In this document: piece after piece, positions 37,827 to 48,285 of the stretch
Layout of the letters: every line of letters begins with the position of its first letter
How positions within the stretch are numbered: the stretch's first letter is position 1
Virus record (IMG/VR): IMGVR_UViG_3300027973_000053
Coordinates: 5,329-69,328 of that record
DNA from: a virus
Direction: 5' to 3' (one strand)
DNA length: 64,000 nt
Position numbers and translations under genes: made by a program
The notes under the pieces: generated by a model
Database searches by the model: none
Told to the model about the DNA's origin: nothing
What the model saw: only the letters and a program-made list of their open reading frames with translations

Positions 37827-39233
37827 TTAGTCTTGAACAACTACGAATTGGTTCGCAGCGCATACACGGCTCGAACGATAACTTATCATCGCAATTTGAT
37901 TACTCATTACGCCATCGGTAGGATTCGGAGAACCACCACCATACTGCCATACACGAATCCCGTTACCTACTGTTCCCCCCTTAGGCGGCTCTTGAAACAT
38001 GATTGTGATGTTTTTGTATGTTTGACCGGAACGGCTATCTTTAGTTTCTCCCATTGGGTAGATAAGTCCGAAGTTACGGAAGTAATCGGTTGAAGGAGTA
38101 TATCCTGTCATTACCTCGGAGTTAAACTGCGGATACTTCTTGATTTGAAGCATATATCCATCAATGTAGATTTCTTGGAAACCATAAGATACGGCTGCTT
38201 CTTTTGATTTTTCACCATTACCCCAAACGAATGAACCACCGGGATAAGCGGAGAAGATACCATCAGAGAAATCTTGACGTTGGAAAATATCAGATAACCA
38301 AGCACATTGCTTTGCTGCTCCGTTTACGTCCATTACACGAGTAATTTCATGGAGTTTGGTAATATCCAAGTTACCGGGAGTGTATCCTACGTTTACACCA
38401 TCTGCGATTGCTTTGGGGATGATTCCTTGAGCACCAACAGAAGTGGTAGAAAGTCCGGTATTTGTTAAGGTATCACCTCTCATTAATTTGTTCTCAATGT
38501 TGTTTTTGTAGCGTACAAGTGTTTTATACATTCCTTTGTAGGTAAATGCGGTTACACCATTTGCAGCCATGTCAGCAGAAACAGGATATTCATAGTAAGT
38601 GTCTGCCATTTGAGCCAAATCGGTATTACTCCAACCATCACGAATTTCTGTGATGTTGTTTTCGTAACGCTGGTCTAAATGAATCAATGGGTCAACTTGC
38701 GTGGATGCTTCACCAACTTCTGATACACCACCAAAAAGCAATACCTCACCTGATAAAAGTGAAGGAGAACCTGCCGATGCAAAAGCAACAGTTGATTTAA
38801 GCGGTCTTACTGTGAAAGTAAATGCACCTGCGGAAGCGGTATTAATGGAAAGGATTTTACCCTCTACGTTAGAAGATGCTACACGAAGAATTTCACCTAC
38901 ACGAAGTGGAGATTGTGTTCCCGAGTTGTAGTGGTCGCCTGATGAAAGCGTTAAGGTTACTGTTGCACCAGCAGCACCTGTTACAGTACCTGTGGTTGTA
39001 ACTGCGGGCATCAATTTACCACGATTTTCAAACCAAAAGAAGTTTCTGTTTTTCACTTCTTCCATTCCGGCTTGGGCGGCTAACCACCATGTAAAGTCCT
39101 CGTTACCATACTTTTCAGTATATTTTTTGTAATATTGAGGGGTAAGTAATTGAAGGTCAACCATAAGCTGCCTGTTCTGCGAAGTAAGGCTAATGCTTCC
39201 GGGCTTCAATATATTTGAAGTAGGGATACTCAT
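37827..39233 (-). CDS. major capsid protein
   Basis: 468 aa after portal and scaffold, higher GC, followed by strong terminator. Confidence 0.85.
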   Translation of the reverse strand: MSIPTSNILKPGSISLTSQNRQLMVDLQLLTPQYYKKYTEKYGNEDFTWWLAAQAGMEEVKNRNFFWFENRGKLMPAVTTTGTVTGAAGATVTLTLSSGDHYNSGTQSPLRVGEILRVASSNVEGKILSINTASAGAFTFTVRPLKSTVAFASAGSPSLLSGEVLLFGGVSEVGEASTQVDPLIHLDQRYENNITEIRDGWSNTDLAQMADTYYEYPVSADMAANGVTAFTYKGMYKTLVRYKNNIENKLMRGDTLTNTGLSTTSVGAQGIIPKAIADGVNVGYTPGNLDITKLHEITRVMDVNGAAKQCAWLSDIFQRQDFSDGIFSAYPGGSFVWGNGEKSKEAAVSYGFQEIYIDGYMLQIKKYPQFNSEVMTGYTPSTDYFRNFGLIYPMGETKDSRSGQTYKNITIMFQEPPKGGTVGNGIRVWQYGGGSPNPTDGVMSNQIAMISYRSSRVCAANQFVVVQD

Positions 39234-39276
39234 TTTTATAAGTATTAATTGTTATGCTTTTCCGCAAAAAGCAATA

Positions 39277-40368
39277 TTAAGAACCGAAAGCCCATTCAGC
39301 TAAGCTATCCATCATAGAAGCATCGCTTTGGTTAATCGGTCTTTGCGGAGTTGTGCCTACGGATATTTGTCCAGATTGCTTTAATTGGTGAAGCATCCTT
39401 TGGCTTGCTGCTTCGTTCCCAACCTTTTGAAGAATTTTGCTTTGATTTTCTAACAAGTAGATATCGGACATGATTTGTTTTACTTGGGGTTTTCCATCCT
39501 CGGCAAACCATCTTTTAGACAAATAATCATCCGGGTTAAAATCAGAAAGCAATTCCTTTAACGAATTTTTTTCTTCATCCGTAATTGAAAAGGTGATAGG
39601 CATTTCTACTTCACCATCTTTTACGGACAACTTGAAACCATCAAATTGTTGGTATTCGTTATTCAAAGTTTGCTCATAGACTTCTCTTGCTTTTCTAAGA
39701 TTTTCGGAATCCTTCTCAAAATCTATTCTAGCTTGTTGGTCTATGTCTGGTAATTTAATTTCTTGTTGCAGTTTTTGCAATTCGGGTCTTGCTATTTTGG
39801 CATCAATAACAATCTTCTTGTTTATTTTATCCATTGCAATATCATAAACCCTTTGTCTTGCGTTAAAATCATCATCTTCTTCAAACTCTCCTTTCTCCGG
39901 CTTGTCCGGAAACTTATAGTTATCAGATATGAGCAAATCTATTTCGTCTTTCGTTAAATCCGAATATTTTTTTTCGTAGTTTAATTTAACAATATCTAAT
40001 GCGTTTTGGGTTACATCTCCATCAAGCAAAGATTTTATCTTTTTGTTCTCTTGAATTACCGAAAACACTTCATCTTCTTTGCCTTCTTTAATAAGGTTAA
40101 ACAGCCTTTCAGAAACCTCATTTTCAAAAAACATTTCGGGTTTTGATTTCAGCTTTTCAATTTCTTCTTTTGCTGCATCTACTGAATCGTAACCAAAGTT
40201 TTCTTTGATAAATGAATTGTAGTCAACTTGTGGTGTTTCTGTTGTTGGTGTTGCTTGGGGTGTTTCTATTGGGTCTGTTGGTTGGGTAGTATCAACAGGT
40301 GGTGGTGCTGAAACGATTGTATCATCAAATGGGTTAAAATCGTCTGCTAGTGTAATTGTTTCTGACAT
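39277..40368 (-). CDS. putative scaffolding protein
   Basis: Very acidic, Pro/Thr-rich N-terminus, helical, upstream of capsid gene. Confidence 0.7.
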   Translation of the reverse strand: MSETITLADDFNPFDDTIVSAPPPVDTTQPTDPIETPQATPTTETPQVDYNSFIKENFGYDSVDAAKEEIEKLKSKPEMFFENEVSERLFNLIKEGKEDEVFSVIQENKKIKSLLDGDVTQNALDIVKLNYEKKYSDLTKDEIDLLISDNYKFPDKPEKGEFEEDDDFNARQRVYDIAMDKINKKIVIDAKIARPELQKLQQEIKLPDIDQQARIDFEKDSENLRKAREVYEQTLNNEYQQFDGFKLSVKDGEVEMPITFSITDEEKNSLKELLSDFNPDDYLSKRWFAEDGKPQVKQIMSDIYLLENQSKILQKVGNEAASQRMLHQLKQSGQISVGTTPQRPINQSDASMMDSLAEWAFGS

Positions 40369-40383
40369 ATATGTTTATTTTGA

Positions 40384-40743
40384 TTAAACTAATTGTAAAA
40401 ATCTACCTAAATTAACAAATTTTACCATTGCACTTGCGGCAACAGAAGTAACTGATACACCTGTGGTAACATTTACGCCTTGTACTGCAACCCAATTCGC
40501 AGGAACTTGTGGAACAGGTAGTATGGTTGCAGAACCTGCCGCATACCCATTGTCGTTGGTAGTATTAAAGTTTATAGCTGCGGATGGCGATATTATTTGA
40601 ACTGTTGCTGCATCCCATCCCGAAACATCTTCGTAATAAGTTTGTGCAGCCCCTGTTTGAAATACAGGTGTTACATCTACATACCTACTTACTTGTCCAT
40701 TGTTTCTTGATAGTTCTATAATTACTTTTGTTGCCGTTGCCAT
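40384..40743 (-). CDS. putative minor virion protein
   Basis: 119-aa beta-rich ORF between portal and scaffold. Confidence 0.65.
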   Translation of the reverse strand: MATATKVIIELSRNNGQVSRYVDVTPVFQTGAAQTYYEDVSGWDAATVQIISPSAAINFNTTNDNGYAAGSATILPVPQVPANWVAVQGVNVTTGVSVTSVAASAMVKFVNLGRFLQLV

Positions 40744-40767
40744 TTTTTTTGTTTTTGTGGGTTATTG

Positions 40768-43137
40768 TTAAGCCATTTCTTCTTGTGGCTGTTGTTGTTC
40801 TTGACCTTGTTCTTGTGGTTGTCCTTGTCCTTCTTGTTCCATTTGCTGCTGCTGCTGTTGTTGCATAATAGCTTGTTGAATTTGTTGGTTTTCCATTTCA
40901 ACAGGCACTTGGAAGTTTTGCAAAACGCTTGAAACAACAGGCTTCAATTCTTCGGGTATAGGCATTTGAATTTTAGCCAACTCAAATAACCCTTGAATTA
41001 CCATTTCCTTTTGCTTGGATTCTGATTTTTTCTTTTCAATGGCTTCGTCTGCCTGTGCTTTTGCCATTATGCTTTGCTGATTGGCTTCGTTGTTCATTTG
41101 TGCATTTTGCTGTGCCTTTTGTTGCTCTGTCTTTATGTATCTTTTTTGCCCTTGTCTGAAATACATTTCTGCAAGTTCTACACTTTCTTTTGCTATACGC
41201 ATTATTTTGAAAGGGTCTAAATATACAGTAAGCAAAGGTGTAGCGGCTATGGAATTGTTCATCATAGCTTCTAGCTTCTGCATTTCGTATTCGGTAGGCA
41301 GCATATCTACTTTTGCCAAAAAGTTTCTTTGTCTTACATCTTGCTCGGAGAACATATCTCTATACGCTTCTCCGCTATGAAGTACGGAAGCATTTAATAA
41401 GCAAGCTACCTTTCTTGCGGTGTCCTCCATTACATACAAATAACTATCATAAACATAATCGGTAGCGTTATTGGCTAACTGCATAGATGATTCTATGTTT
41501 TGTACTGCTACTCTTGGTCTAGATGCTTGTTGTAATAGGTTAGGGTCGTCGCCCAATTCATCTTTTAATACTTGATAGTGGAATTGGTAAAGAGAAATAA
41601 GTGCTTGTAATTGCGGCGCAAATCCATTGTTTGCAAGTTCCTTAATTGGTATAGGTATAGCTTGCCCCTCTGCATCTCTACCACGATAGTAAAGTTTACC
41701 TGTTTGTTCCCAAATCTTTTGTATATCAATTGGCTTGGAAAAATCTCCCAAACCTAAATCAAGTTCTTGTAAAGCATCAACATCAATAGCCGCACCAGAT
41801 GGAACCATCTTTGCTACAAGCTGCTGAATTTTTAGCCTTGCTAAAATCATTTGCTCAATAGGTTCTTCAATCTTTTCAGCGATAGCCACATTACGCATAT
41901 CTTGCTGCTGATACATATAAAAAGAATATGAAAATTCTGCATCACCTAATTCCTTTGGGTCTTGGGGTCGAATCATATTCTTTTTAATGTTCCATTTGAT
42001 TATTTTCTTTACTGCCGGGCAATAAACTCCTTCATATATGTTCCACTTTCCTTCGCTTACAAATTCTTGGTTTTCGTCAATCTTTTGTGGTCTTTCGGAT
42101 TTGCGAATGATTGTAGCGTTATTCTTCTTTGTCTTTGTAACTAAATATCCTTGTGAATCGTATGACTTTAATTCAAAGCACATTAAATCAATGTTGTATT
42201 CATCGTATGGTCGCAAATAAGATACATTCCAATCCTGCATCCACTTTATCTTATCGGTAAGCTGATAGTCTTTTGAAAAACTAGCTATTTCAAAAATTTC
42301 TTCTTCGGTAAGTGTACCTCCGTTTTCCTTTCCGTACTTTGCCCTTAATTCGCTTATTTTAATAGAACGAATATGCCCTCTGTATGATGTATCTCTAAAA
42401 TCGGGGTAGTCTGAATATGAATAAAAGCAGTTTTCGGGTCTTAACCACTCTACAAGAACCTCCCCTTTATCATTCATCCATGTATAAGTTCCTACAAGCC
42501 CTACCGAAGCTGCATCGTGTAGCATCTTTTCTTTTAACACTCCATACCATCCGTTAGCGTTAAATATGTTGTTGCACCCTAAACTGAATTTTATTTCCTC
42601 TGGAAGATTATTGAACTCCATTGTCCATCTATCCAATTCGTCTTTATCTTCTGCCACAAATTGCCCTTGTGGAATCATTGGTACACCCGATTCTTGTGAT
42701 ATTTGAGTAAGTACCTCCTTGTTTTGGTAGTAATATTCCGCTTCTGCTGCTTTGTCTTTCTTTTCTTGTAAACTTGTTGGGTCAACTGCGGTAACCTTTA
42801 CTTTCTCTTTTCTTGCCATCCAACCACCTACAAGCCTTGATATGATTGTGTTTCCGATAAGAATAGGCTTCCAATTAATGTTTACATAATTGTTTTTGCC
42901 ATTCATTTCCAATCTATCTAAATAGACTGACATATCTATCTTTCCGGTGGCTATTTGTCTATTCTTTCTAAAACGATTATTGCGTATCCAAAAGTATGTT
43001 TGGTTTCCGTAGATGGTAGAATATATTGATTCAGCAACCTTTTTACCAAAATCTAAATCTGATTTCAATGCTACATTGGTTGTAGTTTGAAAATCTTTTA
43101 GTGGTTGACCTGATGATATTTCGTTGTTGTTTAACAA
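40768..43137 (-). CDS. portal protein
   Basis: 789 aa directly after terminase, Gln-rich tail, TTG start. Confidence 0.88.
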   Translation of the reverse strand: MLNNNEISSGQPLKDFQTTTNVALKSDLDFGKKVAESIYSTIYGNQTYFWIRNNRFRKNRQIATGKIDMSVYLDRLEMNGKNNYVNINWKPILIGNTIISRLVGGWMARKEKVKVTAVDPTSLQEKKDKAAEAEYYYQNKEVLTQISQESGVPMIPQGQFVAEDKDELDRWTMEFNNLPEEIKFSLGCNNIFNANGWYGVLKEKMLHDAASVGLVGTYTWMNDKGEVLVEWLRPENCFYSYSDYPDFRDTSYRGHIRSIKISELRAKYGKENGGTLTEEEIFEIASFSKDYQLTDKIKWMQDWNVSYLRPYDEYNIDLMCFELKSYDSQGYLVTKTKKNNATIIRKSERPQKIDENQEFVSEGKWNIYEGVYCPAVKKIIKWNIKKNMIRPQDPKELGDAEFSYSFYMYQQQDMRNVAIAEKIEEPIEQMILARLKIQQLVAKMVPSGAAIDVDALQELDLGLGDFSKPIDIQKIWEQTGKLYYRGRDAEGQAIPIPIKELANNGFAPQLQALISLYQFHYQVLKDELGDDPNLLQQASRPRVAVQNIESSMQLANNATDYVYDSYLYVMEDTARKVACLLNASVLHSGEAYRDMFSEQDVRQRNFLAKVDMLPTEYEMQKLEAMMNNSIAATPLLTVYLDPFKIMRIAKESVELAEMYFRQGQKRYIKTEQQKAQQNAQMNNEANQQSIMAKAQADEAIEKKKSESKQKEMVIQGLFELAKIQMPIPEELKPVVSSVLQNFQVPVEMENQQIQQAIMQQQQQQQMEQEGQGQPQEQGQEQQQPQEEMA

Positions 43138-43157
43138 TTTATGTTAAATTTTATTTC

Positions 43158-43165
43158 CAAATATA
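43158..43165 (-). promoter_or_regulatory. -7 promoter element TATATTTG
   Basis: 20 nt upstream of portal start. Confidence 0.65.
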
Positions 43166-43187
43166 GTACAAAAAATAAAAAAATAAT

Positions 43188-45230
43188 TTAATTAACCAAA
43201 TTTGGTACATAGCTTTTAACCATAGGTTCTTTTTTTGGCTTATCAACCACAGTTTCAAGCAGTAAAACAAGCATCATTAAAAAAGAAACAGTAGTATCAA
43301 ATTTGTTCCGGTCATTAGGGTCGTACTTCTTTGCATCCACAAGTAAGTTTTCAAAGTCCACTTTATCAATGTGGTTTTCAAAATACATTATGCCTACATC
43401 GTTTTGCTTTGTCAAACTAAATGGTGTGGTTGGAAATCCTCTATATCTTTCTGAATCTTTTTTGGTTGGGTCTATTACTGAATTAGGATATAACCCCAAA
43501 TATAGTATTCTACCTCTATCCCTAAAATAACTTAGGTAGTCGTCAGAATTATGCTCGTACCACACCTTGTAGCCATAATATTCACTTGCAAGCAGAACTT
43601 GTTCATGTAGCGTTTCTTTTATAGATGGTCTGCCAATTAAGTGTCCTATTGCCTTCCCTGTTTGAGATGGATTTAACATATCCCATCTCCTTCCTATCCA
43701 CGCACTTGCTCTTGAACCATACTTACCTCCTTGACTATTACTATATCCATCAATAGCAATTACCCCATCGCTTATTCTTCCGGGCTTCTTTTGTTTTTGC
43801 TCGTATGTGTATTTGTTGTCTTGTCCTTGTGGTGGAAATTGGGTTATTTTCCAATGGAAATCTTCATCTACTGCTTCTCTCCATTTTACTTTTTGGTCTA
43901 TATCTCGGTAGAATAAAACTTTTCTTTTTAGTACCGGATTTTCGTTTAGTTCTTGTTCTCTTTTGGCTATGTTCAATACGTTAAATATACAATCATCTGC
44001 ATCCGTACTAAATGCTTCCTCTATTGTTAGAGGTTCTTTTCTTATCCTTGCTGATAATGCTCTAGGGTTGTTTTTTGCTGCATCCCTTTCAGCCATTATA
44101 GCCTTTAGTGTTTTTTCTTCATCCGGATATCCGTATAAGTCAAAGTTTCTTGTTTTTTTTGCAGACATAAAGAAGCGATACAATCCGCTACTTGTTTCTC
44201 CGTTTTCTTGTCTATTATTTTGGTCGGATTCATCCCACAATAACTTAAAGGCATCCTGTATTCCGTTTTTATCGGTATCAAGTTTTTCTACTGTGGTTGT
44301 GTATAAAGCCTTGCCAATAATCCTACCTTCATCATCTTTTAAGCAATATCTTACTACTTCGTGTCTATCGTAAACATTACATTCCGTAGTTTTTCCTTCT
44401 TCATCACCAACGTATCTGTGTATCTTTTGTCCGTCATAAGCTGTTTCGTCTGCACTTTGCCAGTCAATAGCACTACCTAATTCATCCTTATCTACTGAAT
44501 CTTCTGATTTTTTACCCCTTACGTTTGTCTTTTGAAAACGCATTTCCGTTCTTGGATTGACACCTAAAGACATATCGTATTCGGGTCGAAAGAATCTTGG
44601 TAACCTTCTAAATGGATTGACAATAGTTTTAGAAAAGAATTTCTTTGCATCAGCACCTGTCTTTGATTGTATGCCGCCAAAAGTCATTTTGGTTCTTGTG
44701 ATATAATCAACAAGAAATACACCTGCAAAGAATGACTTACCGAATCTTCGTTTCGTTACCTCTACCATCCCCATACTAATAGGGTCTTGTATGCAGTATT
44801 CTAAAAAGTAAGATTTTTCTAAATCTGGAATCCTGAATTTAGGGCTTCCAATATCTATGTTCCACCATTGAAGATAAAGGTAGTGTAGTCCGGTTATGTA
44901 GGTTGGTTTACCATTGTTCATAAACCAAAATCCATTCAATCTTCTATCCCATTCTTGTTTCTTAAATTCTTCAAGTTTCTCGTTGTAGAAATCGGGTTGG
45001 TCGTCTTTCCTTTTCTTTTCGTAGTTATCCCACTCCTTCATTACTTCATCATACCATGCAGGGGGCTTTATTCTTTCCCAATATTGGTGCTTTGGGTTAT
45101 CTGACCTTTGGTATATTCCTCTCCATTGTAGGGTGTTTGTAAAGGCATTAAAAACGTATCCCGGTTCAGGTATATTGCATATTAACCCTTGTATATTAAC
45201 CGATGTTCCGTTTTCGTATGGCTTAAACAT
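43188..45230 (-). CDS. terL: terminase large subunit
   Basis: YITGLHYLYL, Walker A KRRFGKS, Walker B YVGDEEGK, nuclease IAIDGY. Confidence 0.92.
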   Translation of the reverse strand: MFKPYENGTSVNIQGLICNIPEPGYVFNAFTNTLQWRGIYQRSDNPKHQYWERIKPPAWYDEVMKEWDNYEKKRKDDQPDFYNEKLEEFKKQEWDRRLNGFWFMNNGKPTYITGLHYLYLQWWNIDIGSPKFRIPDLEKSYFLEYCIQDPISMGMVEVTKRRFGKSFFAGVFLVDYITRTKMTFGGIQSKTGADAKKFFSKTIVNPFRRLPRFFRPEYDMSLGVNPRTEMRFQKTNVRGKKSEDSVDKDELGSAIDWQSADETAYDGQKIHRYVGDEEGKTTECNVYDRHEVVRYCLKDDEGRIIGKALYTTTVEKLDTDKNGIQDAFKLLWDESDQNNRQENGETSSGLYRFFMSAKKTRNFDLYGYPDEEKTLKAIMAERDAAKNNPRALSARIRKEPLTIEEAFSTDADDCIFNVLNIAKREQELNENPVLKRKVLFYRDIDQKVKWREAVDEDFHWKITQFPPQGQDNKYTYEQKQKKPGRISDGVIAIDGYSNSQGGKYGSRASAWIGRRWDMLNPSQTGKAIGHLIGRPSIKETLHEQVLLASEYYGYKVWYEHNSDDYLSYFRDRGRILYLGLYPNSVIDPTKKDSERYRGFPTTPFSLTKQNDVGIMYFENHIDKVDFENLLVDAKKYDPNDRNKFDTTVSFLMMLVLLLETVVDKPKKEPMVKSYVPNLVN

Positions 45231-45233
45231 ATT

Positions 45234-45644
45234 TTATCTTTTTTGTCCTGCTAAATCCCCAACGGAATTGGCAACCGATTCGGCTGTAATTGGAATCCGT
45301 TCTTCAACTTTTTTTTGTACTTCTTTAGTATCTCCTTCCACTTCTTTTTGAGAAAACCCTTTAAGTATTTGAATACTTTCTGATATTGTTTTTGCATCTG
45401 TCCAAACGCTTTTAATTCTTTCAAATGTTTTTGAGTTTTTATCATCTATATCTATTTCAGTTAGTTTGTGTTTGTTTAGTAGGTCTGCCATTTCGTTTGC
45501 CTTTCTTTGCAAAGAATTGTATAGCTTTCCTACTCCATCTGATTCGTATGAAATCAACTTATCTGATAGGTATTTGTTTTCTTTTTTTAAAGAGTTTACT
45601 TGCTCTTTTAGTTCGTCAATTTCTTTTTTAGTTTCCATATTCAT
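45234..45644 (-). CDS. putative terminase small subunit
   Basis: Helical 136-aa protein immediately upstream of terL. Confidence 0.5.
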   Translation of the reverse strand: MNMETKKEIDELKEQVNSLKKENKYLSDKLISYESDGVGKLYNSLQRKANEMADLLNKHKLTEIDIDDKNSKTFERIKSVWTDAKTISESIQILKGFSQKEVEGDTKEVQKKVEERIPITAESVANSVGDLAGQKR

Positions 45645-46272
45645 AAATTATTTTAGCTTCACTTGGCGAAAGTCCTATTAATACCTCACACATATTTACC
45701 TTGTTTGTCAAATCGTGTTCCATAGCTACCATTTCATCTCTTTCACCCGAACTTCTAACTCTGATTATTCTTTTTTCTTTTCCATCTTGGTCTTGAAATA
45801 TCACCTCGTAATCAGAAGATTTTAATACTGCCATTACGTTTCCGGCATACTCTCCACCCGTAATATACAACTTGTTTTTTATTACGCTAGGCTGCACTCC
45901 ATGAATAACCCCCTTGTATGGTTCAAATAATCTCAATGCAGTAGAGAAGTGTGGGAATGGTTTCCACTTATCCTCAAAATACAAATAACATTCATCAATA
46001 GGTACTGAATAAGTTCCGCAAAGTGGCTTGTTCCTTACGCTGAATACCTTGTTTGTATCGTGAATGGTGTTATGGTGCATTATTACAGGTGTTCCCGGCT
46101 TTAATCCCATTCCATCTACTAATACTCCGTTTACAGGGTTGGTGTACCTTCCATTGAAGTTATCGTACCCTCTTTCAAGTCTTATTTTTGTTCCATCTTG
46201 AAAGGTGTGTGAGTTTTTGCTTTCTAAATCTACCTCTACAATAATTTTGTCTTTTGGTGCTATTAGTTTCAT
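45628..46272 (-). CDS. conserved phage protein, possible GroES-like fold
   Basis: APKDKIIVEV N-terminus; position upstream of terminase. Confidence 0.5.
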   Translation of the reverse strand: MKLIAPKDKIIVEVDLESKNSHTFQDGTKIRLERGYDNFNGRYTNPVNGVLVDGMGLKPGTPVIMHHNTIHDTNKVFSVRNKPLCGTYSVPIDECYLYFEDKWKPFPHFSTALRLFEPYKGVIHGVQPSVIKNKLYITGGEYAGNVMAVLKSSDYEVIFQDQDGKEKRIIRVRSSGERDEMVAMEHDLTNKVNMCEVLIGLSPSEAKIIYEYGN

Positions 46273-46320
46273 ATTTTATTATTTATCTATGGCAAAATGC
46301 TCCGCAGCTTGTTTCTTTTT

Positions 46321-46944
46321 TTAGTAGTTTTCTTCTTCAAAATTCATTACTTCAACAAATTCTTCGTTTGCTAGATGAAACATTGCACGATATTCTTTTT
46401 CGCTTTTGAAAAAACACATTCTACACCCCCCCCTGCTCATAAAAACAGGCATTTGCGGATGCAAGTTATGCTTATACAAAATTTCTTCACAATCATCCCT
46501 TGTTAATCCATCTTCTATTAATGGATAAATATACTTTACGTTTTCTTGTAGCCCCCAATTTCCTTCTCTGCTATTTTCTTCATCTGCATTTAATCCAATC
46601 ATTAACTTACAATTTCCTTGACTTTTTAAATAATTGTCTATGGGTTCTATTTTAAATATTCTGGTACAAAATCTCGCTTGTCCGCTAGGCATAAATTTTT
46701 GTGCAACAATTAATCTTTCTAAATTATCGTAATTTTGTTTTTTGTAATTGCAACTACCTTTTACCTTTATTATGGTAAAATTAGGATGAATTTTTTTTAT
46801 TTCACTTTCTACCTTGTCTAGCCTTTCATACATATACTTGTGTTCTGAACCTGTATCAGCCCATATTGCAGTCGCATCGTTTCCATACAAAATGCACATT
46901 GTTGTACTTTCAACACCCCCCGAAAATGATATAAACTTTTTCAC
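46321..46944 (-). CDS. PAPS reductase-family (PP-loop) protein, probably C-terminally disrupted
   Basis: ISFSGGVES, ADTGSE, RFCTRIFKIEP, YPL, RGGCRMCF; a Cys-motif tail lies out of frame. Confidence 0.85.
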   Translation of the reverse strand: MKKFISFSGGVESTTMCILYGNDATAIWADTGSEHKYMYERLDKVESEIKKIHPNFTIIKVKGSCNYKKQNYDNLERLIVAQKFMPSGQARFCTRIFKIEPIDNYLKSQGNCKLMIGLNADEENSREGNWGLQENVKYIYPLIEDGLTRDDCEEILYKHNLHPQMPVFMSRGGCRMCFFKSEKEYRAMFHLANEEFVEVMNFEEENY

Positions 46945-47080
46945 TTTATTTATTTATTGATTTGCTTTTTATCACTTTTATAATCGTAAAAAACCATAAA
47001 ACAAAATCCAATCAAAGGAGAAAAACCAAGACAAAAAAGGATAATATATTCAATTATTTCTTTAATAACAATATTCATGG

Positions 47081-47890
47081 TTAATTATTTAATACTTTAT
47101 CTACATAATACTCTACTGCTTGCTGATGGTAAAAATCGTATGCGTTTTCTCCGGTAGGTATTACATTAGGTATAACAGGAGATAGTTCAAGTATTCTTGG
47201 TATTTTTAATCCTTCTGCAAGTTGATAACAAAATGACTGATTACCTAAAAAACCTTTTGCCGTAGCAAAGAGTGCAGCAAGTTCCCTAAAATTGTTTATT
47301 TCTATATGGTCTATCTCTAATCCCCATTGTTTGCAAAAGAAATCTTTTTCCTCTTTTAAACCAACAAAAACAACTTTACTTTCATACTTTTTTAGAAAAT
47401 TGTAGTCAATTATTGTATTTCTGTATCTGAATGTAAAGTTAATTATTAACTTATCGCCAAACTCAAATAGTGCAAGGTAGTGGGGTAGTTCTTCTTTTTT
47501 TACCCAGCTTTCAGATAAATCGCAAGTCATTTGAGGATAAACATAAAATATCCATCTATTTATTGAACCTAATGGTTGATTAGTAAATACTTGCATCCGT
47601 ACCTTATCTAAATCAATATCGTATTCTTGTCCGGTGTATATTTCAAACTTTTCAATATAATCTTGACTTTCCAATAGCGGTTTTAGCATATTTAACATAT
47701 ACTCGTTCATCATTACTTCATCCCCTATTTCATTTTTAAATGGATGAATAGCCCCCTCATATCCTATCCCTGCTACATCTAATCTTTGGTATATTATAGC
47801 CCTTTGATTTTTGTCCTCACATAGCTTTTTAATACCCGGTAACATAGACATTAAATCTCCTGCCGGAGAAGAAGTTTTGAATTTAATCAT
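47081..47890 (-). CDS. GT9 (heptosyltransferase)-like glycosyltransferase
   Basis: AGDLMSMLP start, VFVG, ELAALF..AKGFLGNQSFCYQLAEGLKIP. Confidence 0.7.
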   Translation of the reverse strand: MIKFKTSSPAGDLMSMLPGIKKLCEDKNQRAIIYQRLDVAGIGYEGAIHPFKNEIGDEVMMNEYMLNMLKPLLESQDYIEKFEIYTGQEYDIDLDKVRMQVFTNQPLGSINRWIFYVYPQMTCDLSESWVKKEELPHYLALFEFGDKLIINFTFRYRNTIIDYNFLKKYESKVVFVGLKEEKDFFCKQWGLEIDHIEINNFRELAALFATAKGFLGNQSFCYQLAEGLKIPRILELSPVIPNVIPTGENAYDFYHQQAVEYYVDKVLNN

Positions 47891-47943
47891 AATAGTTCGT
47901 TATTTGATAGCCAATCATTTTTAACAATTAAAACAAATCAACA

Positions 47944-48237
47944 ATGGCAAACATGCACTTTTTAGCTTCCATTTATGGAAAAGGTTCGTCAAGTAACGCA
48001 TCGGCTCGTGCGTTATATTCTGCCGCAAACATTCCTGCTACGCAGGGGATTACAATGAGTTTCCCCTCTACCGGAACTGTTTTTTATCCAATCCCTGTTG
48101 GTAGCACCCCAACAAACGTATTTAATGGTGTAACTACCATTACTTGCATTGAGGTTCTTCCGCAAGGATTGAATCAGCCATCAACAAAGTATTATACTGA
48201 CGCAACAGTAAGTACTCTTGATAGTGCTGCTAAGTAA
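47944..48237 (+). CDS. small Ser/Thr-rich protein, possible capsid decoration protein
   Basis: Sole + strand gene here, structural-like composition, own terminator. Confidence 0.7.
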   Translation: MANMHFLASIYGKGSSSNASARALYSAANIPATQGITMSFPSTGTVFYPIPVGSTPTNVFNGVTTITCIEVLPQGLNQPSTKYYTDATVSTLDSAAK

Positions 48238-48254
48238 TTTTTAGCCGAAGTTTT

Positions 48255-48282
48255 AAAGCCCCCACTTGTTGGGGGTTTTTTA
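48255..48282. terminator. terminator hairpin between convergent genes
   Basis: AAAGCCCCCAC-TT-GTTGGGGGTTTTTT. Confidence 0.8.
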
Positions 48283-48285
48283 TTC

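Noticed and set aside
37741-37863. N-terminal extension of the HNH ORF
   Set aside because: It crosses the capsid stop and terminator; ATG 37740 just before NUMOD4 is the better start
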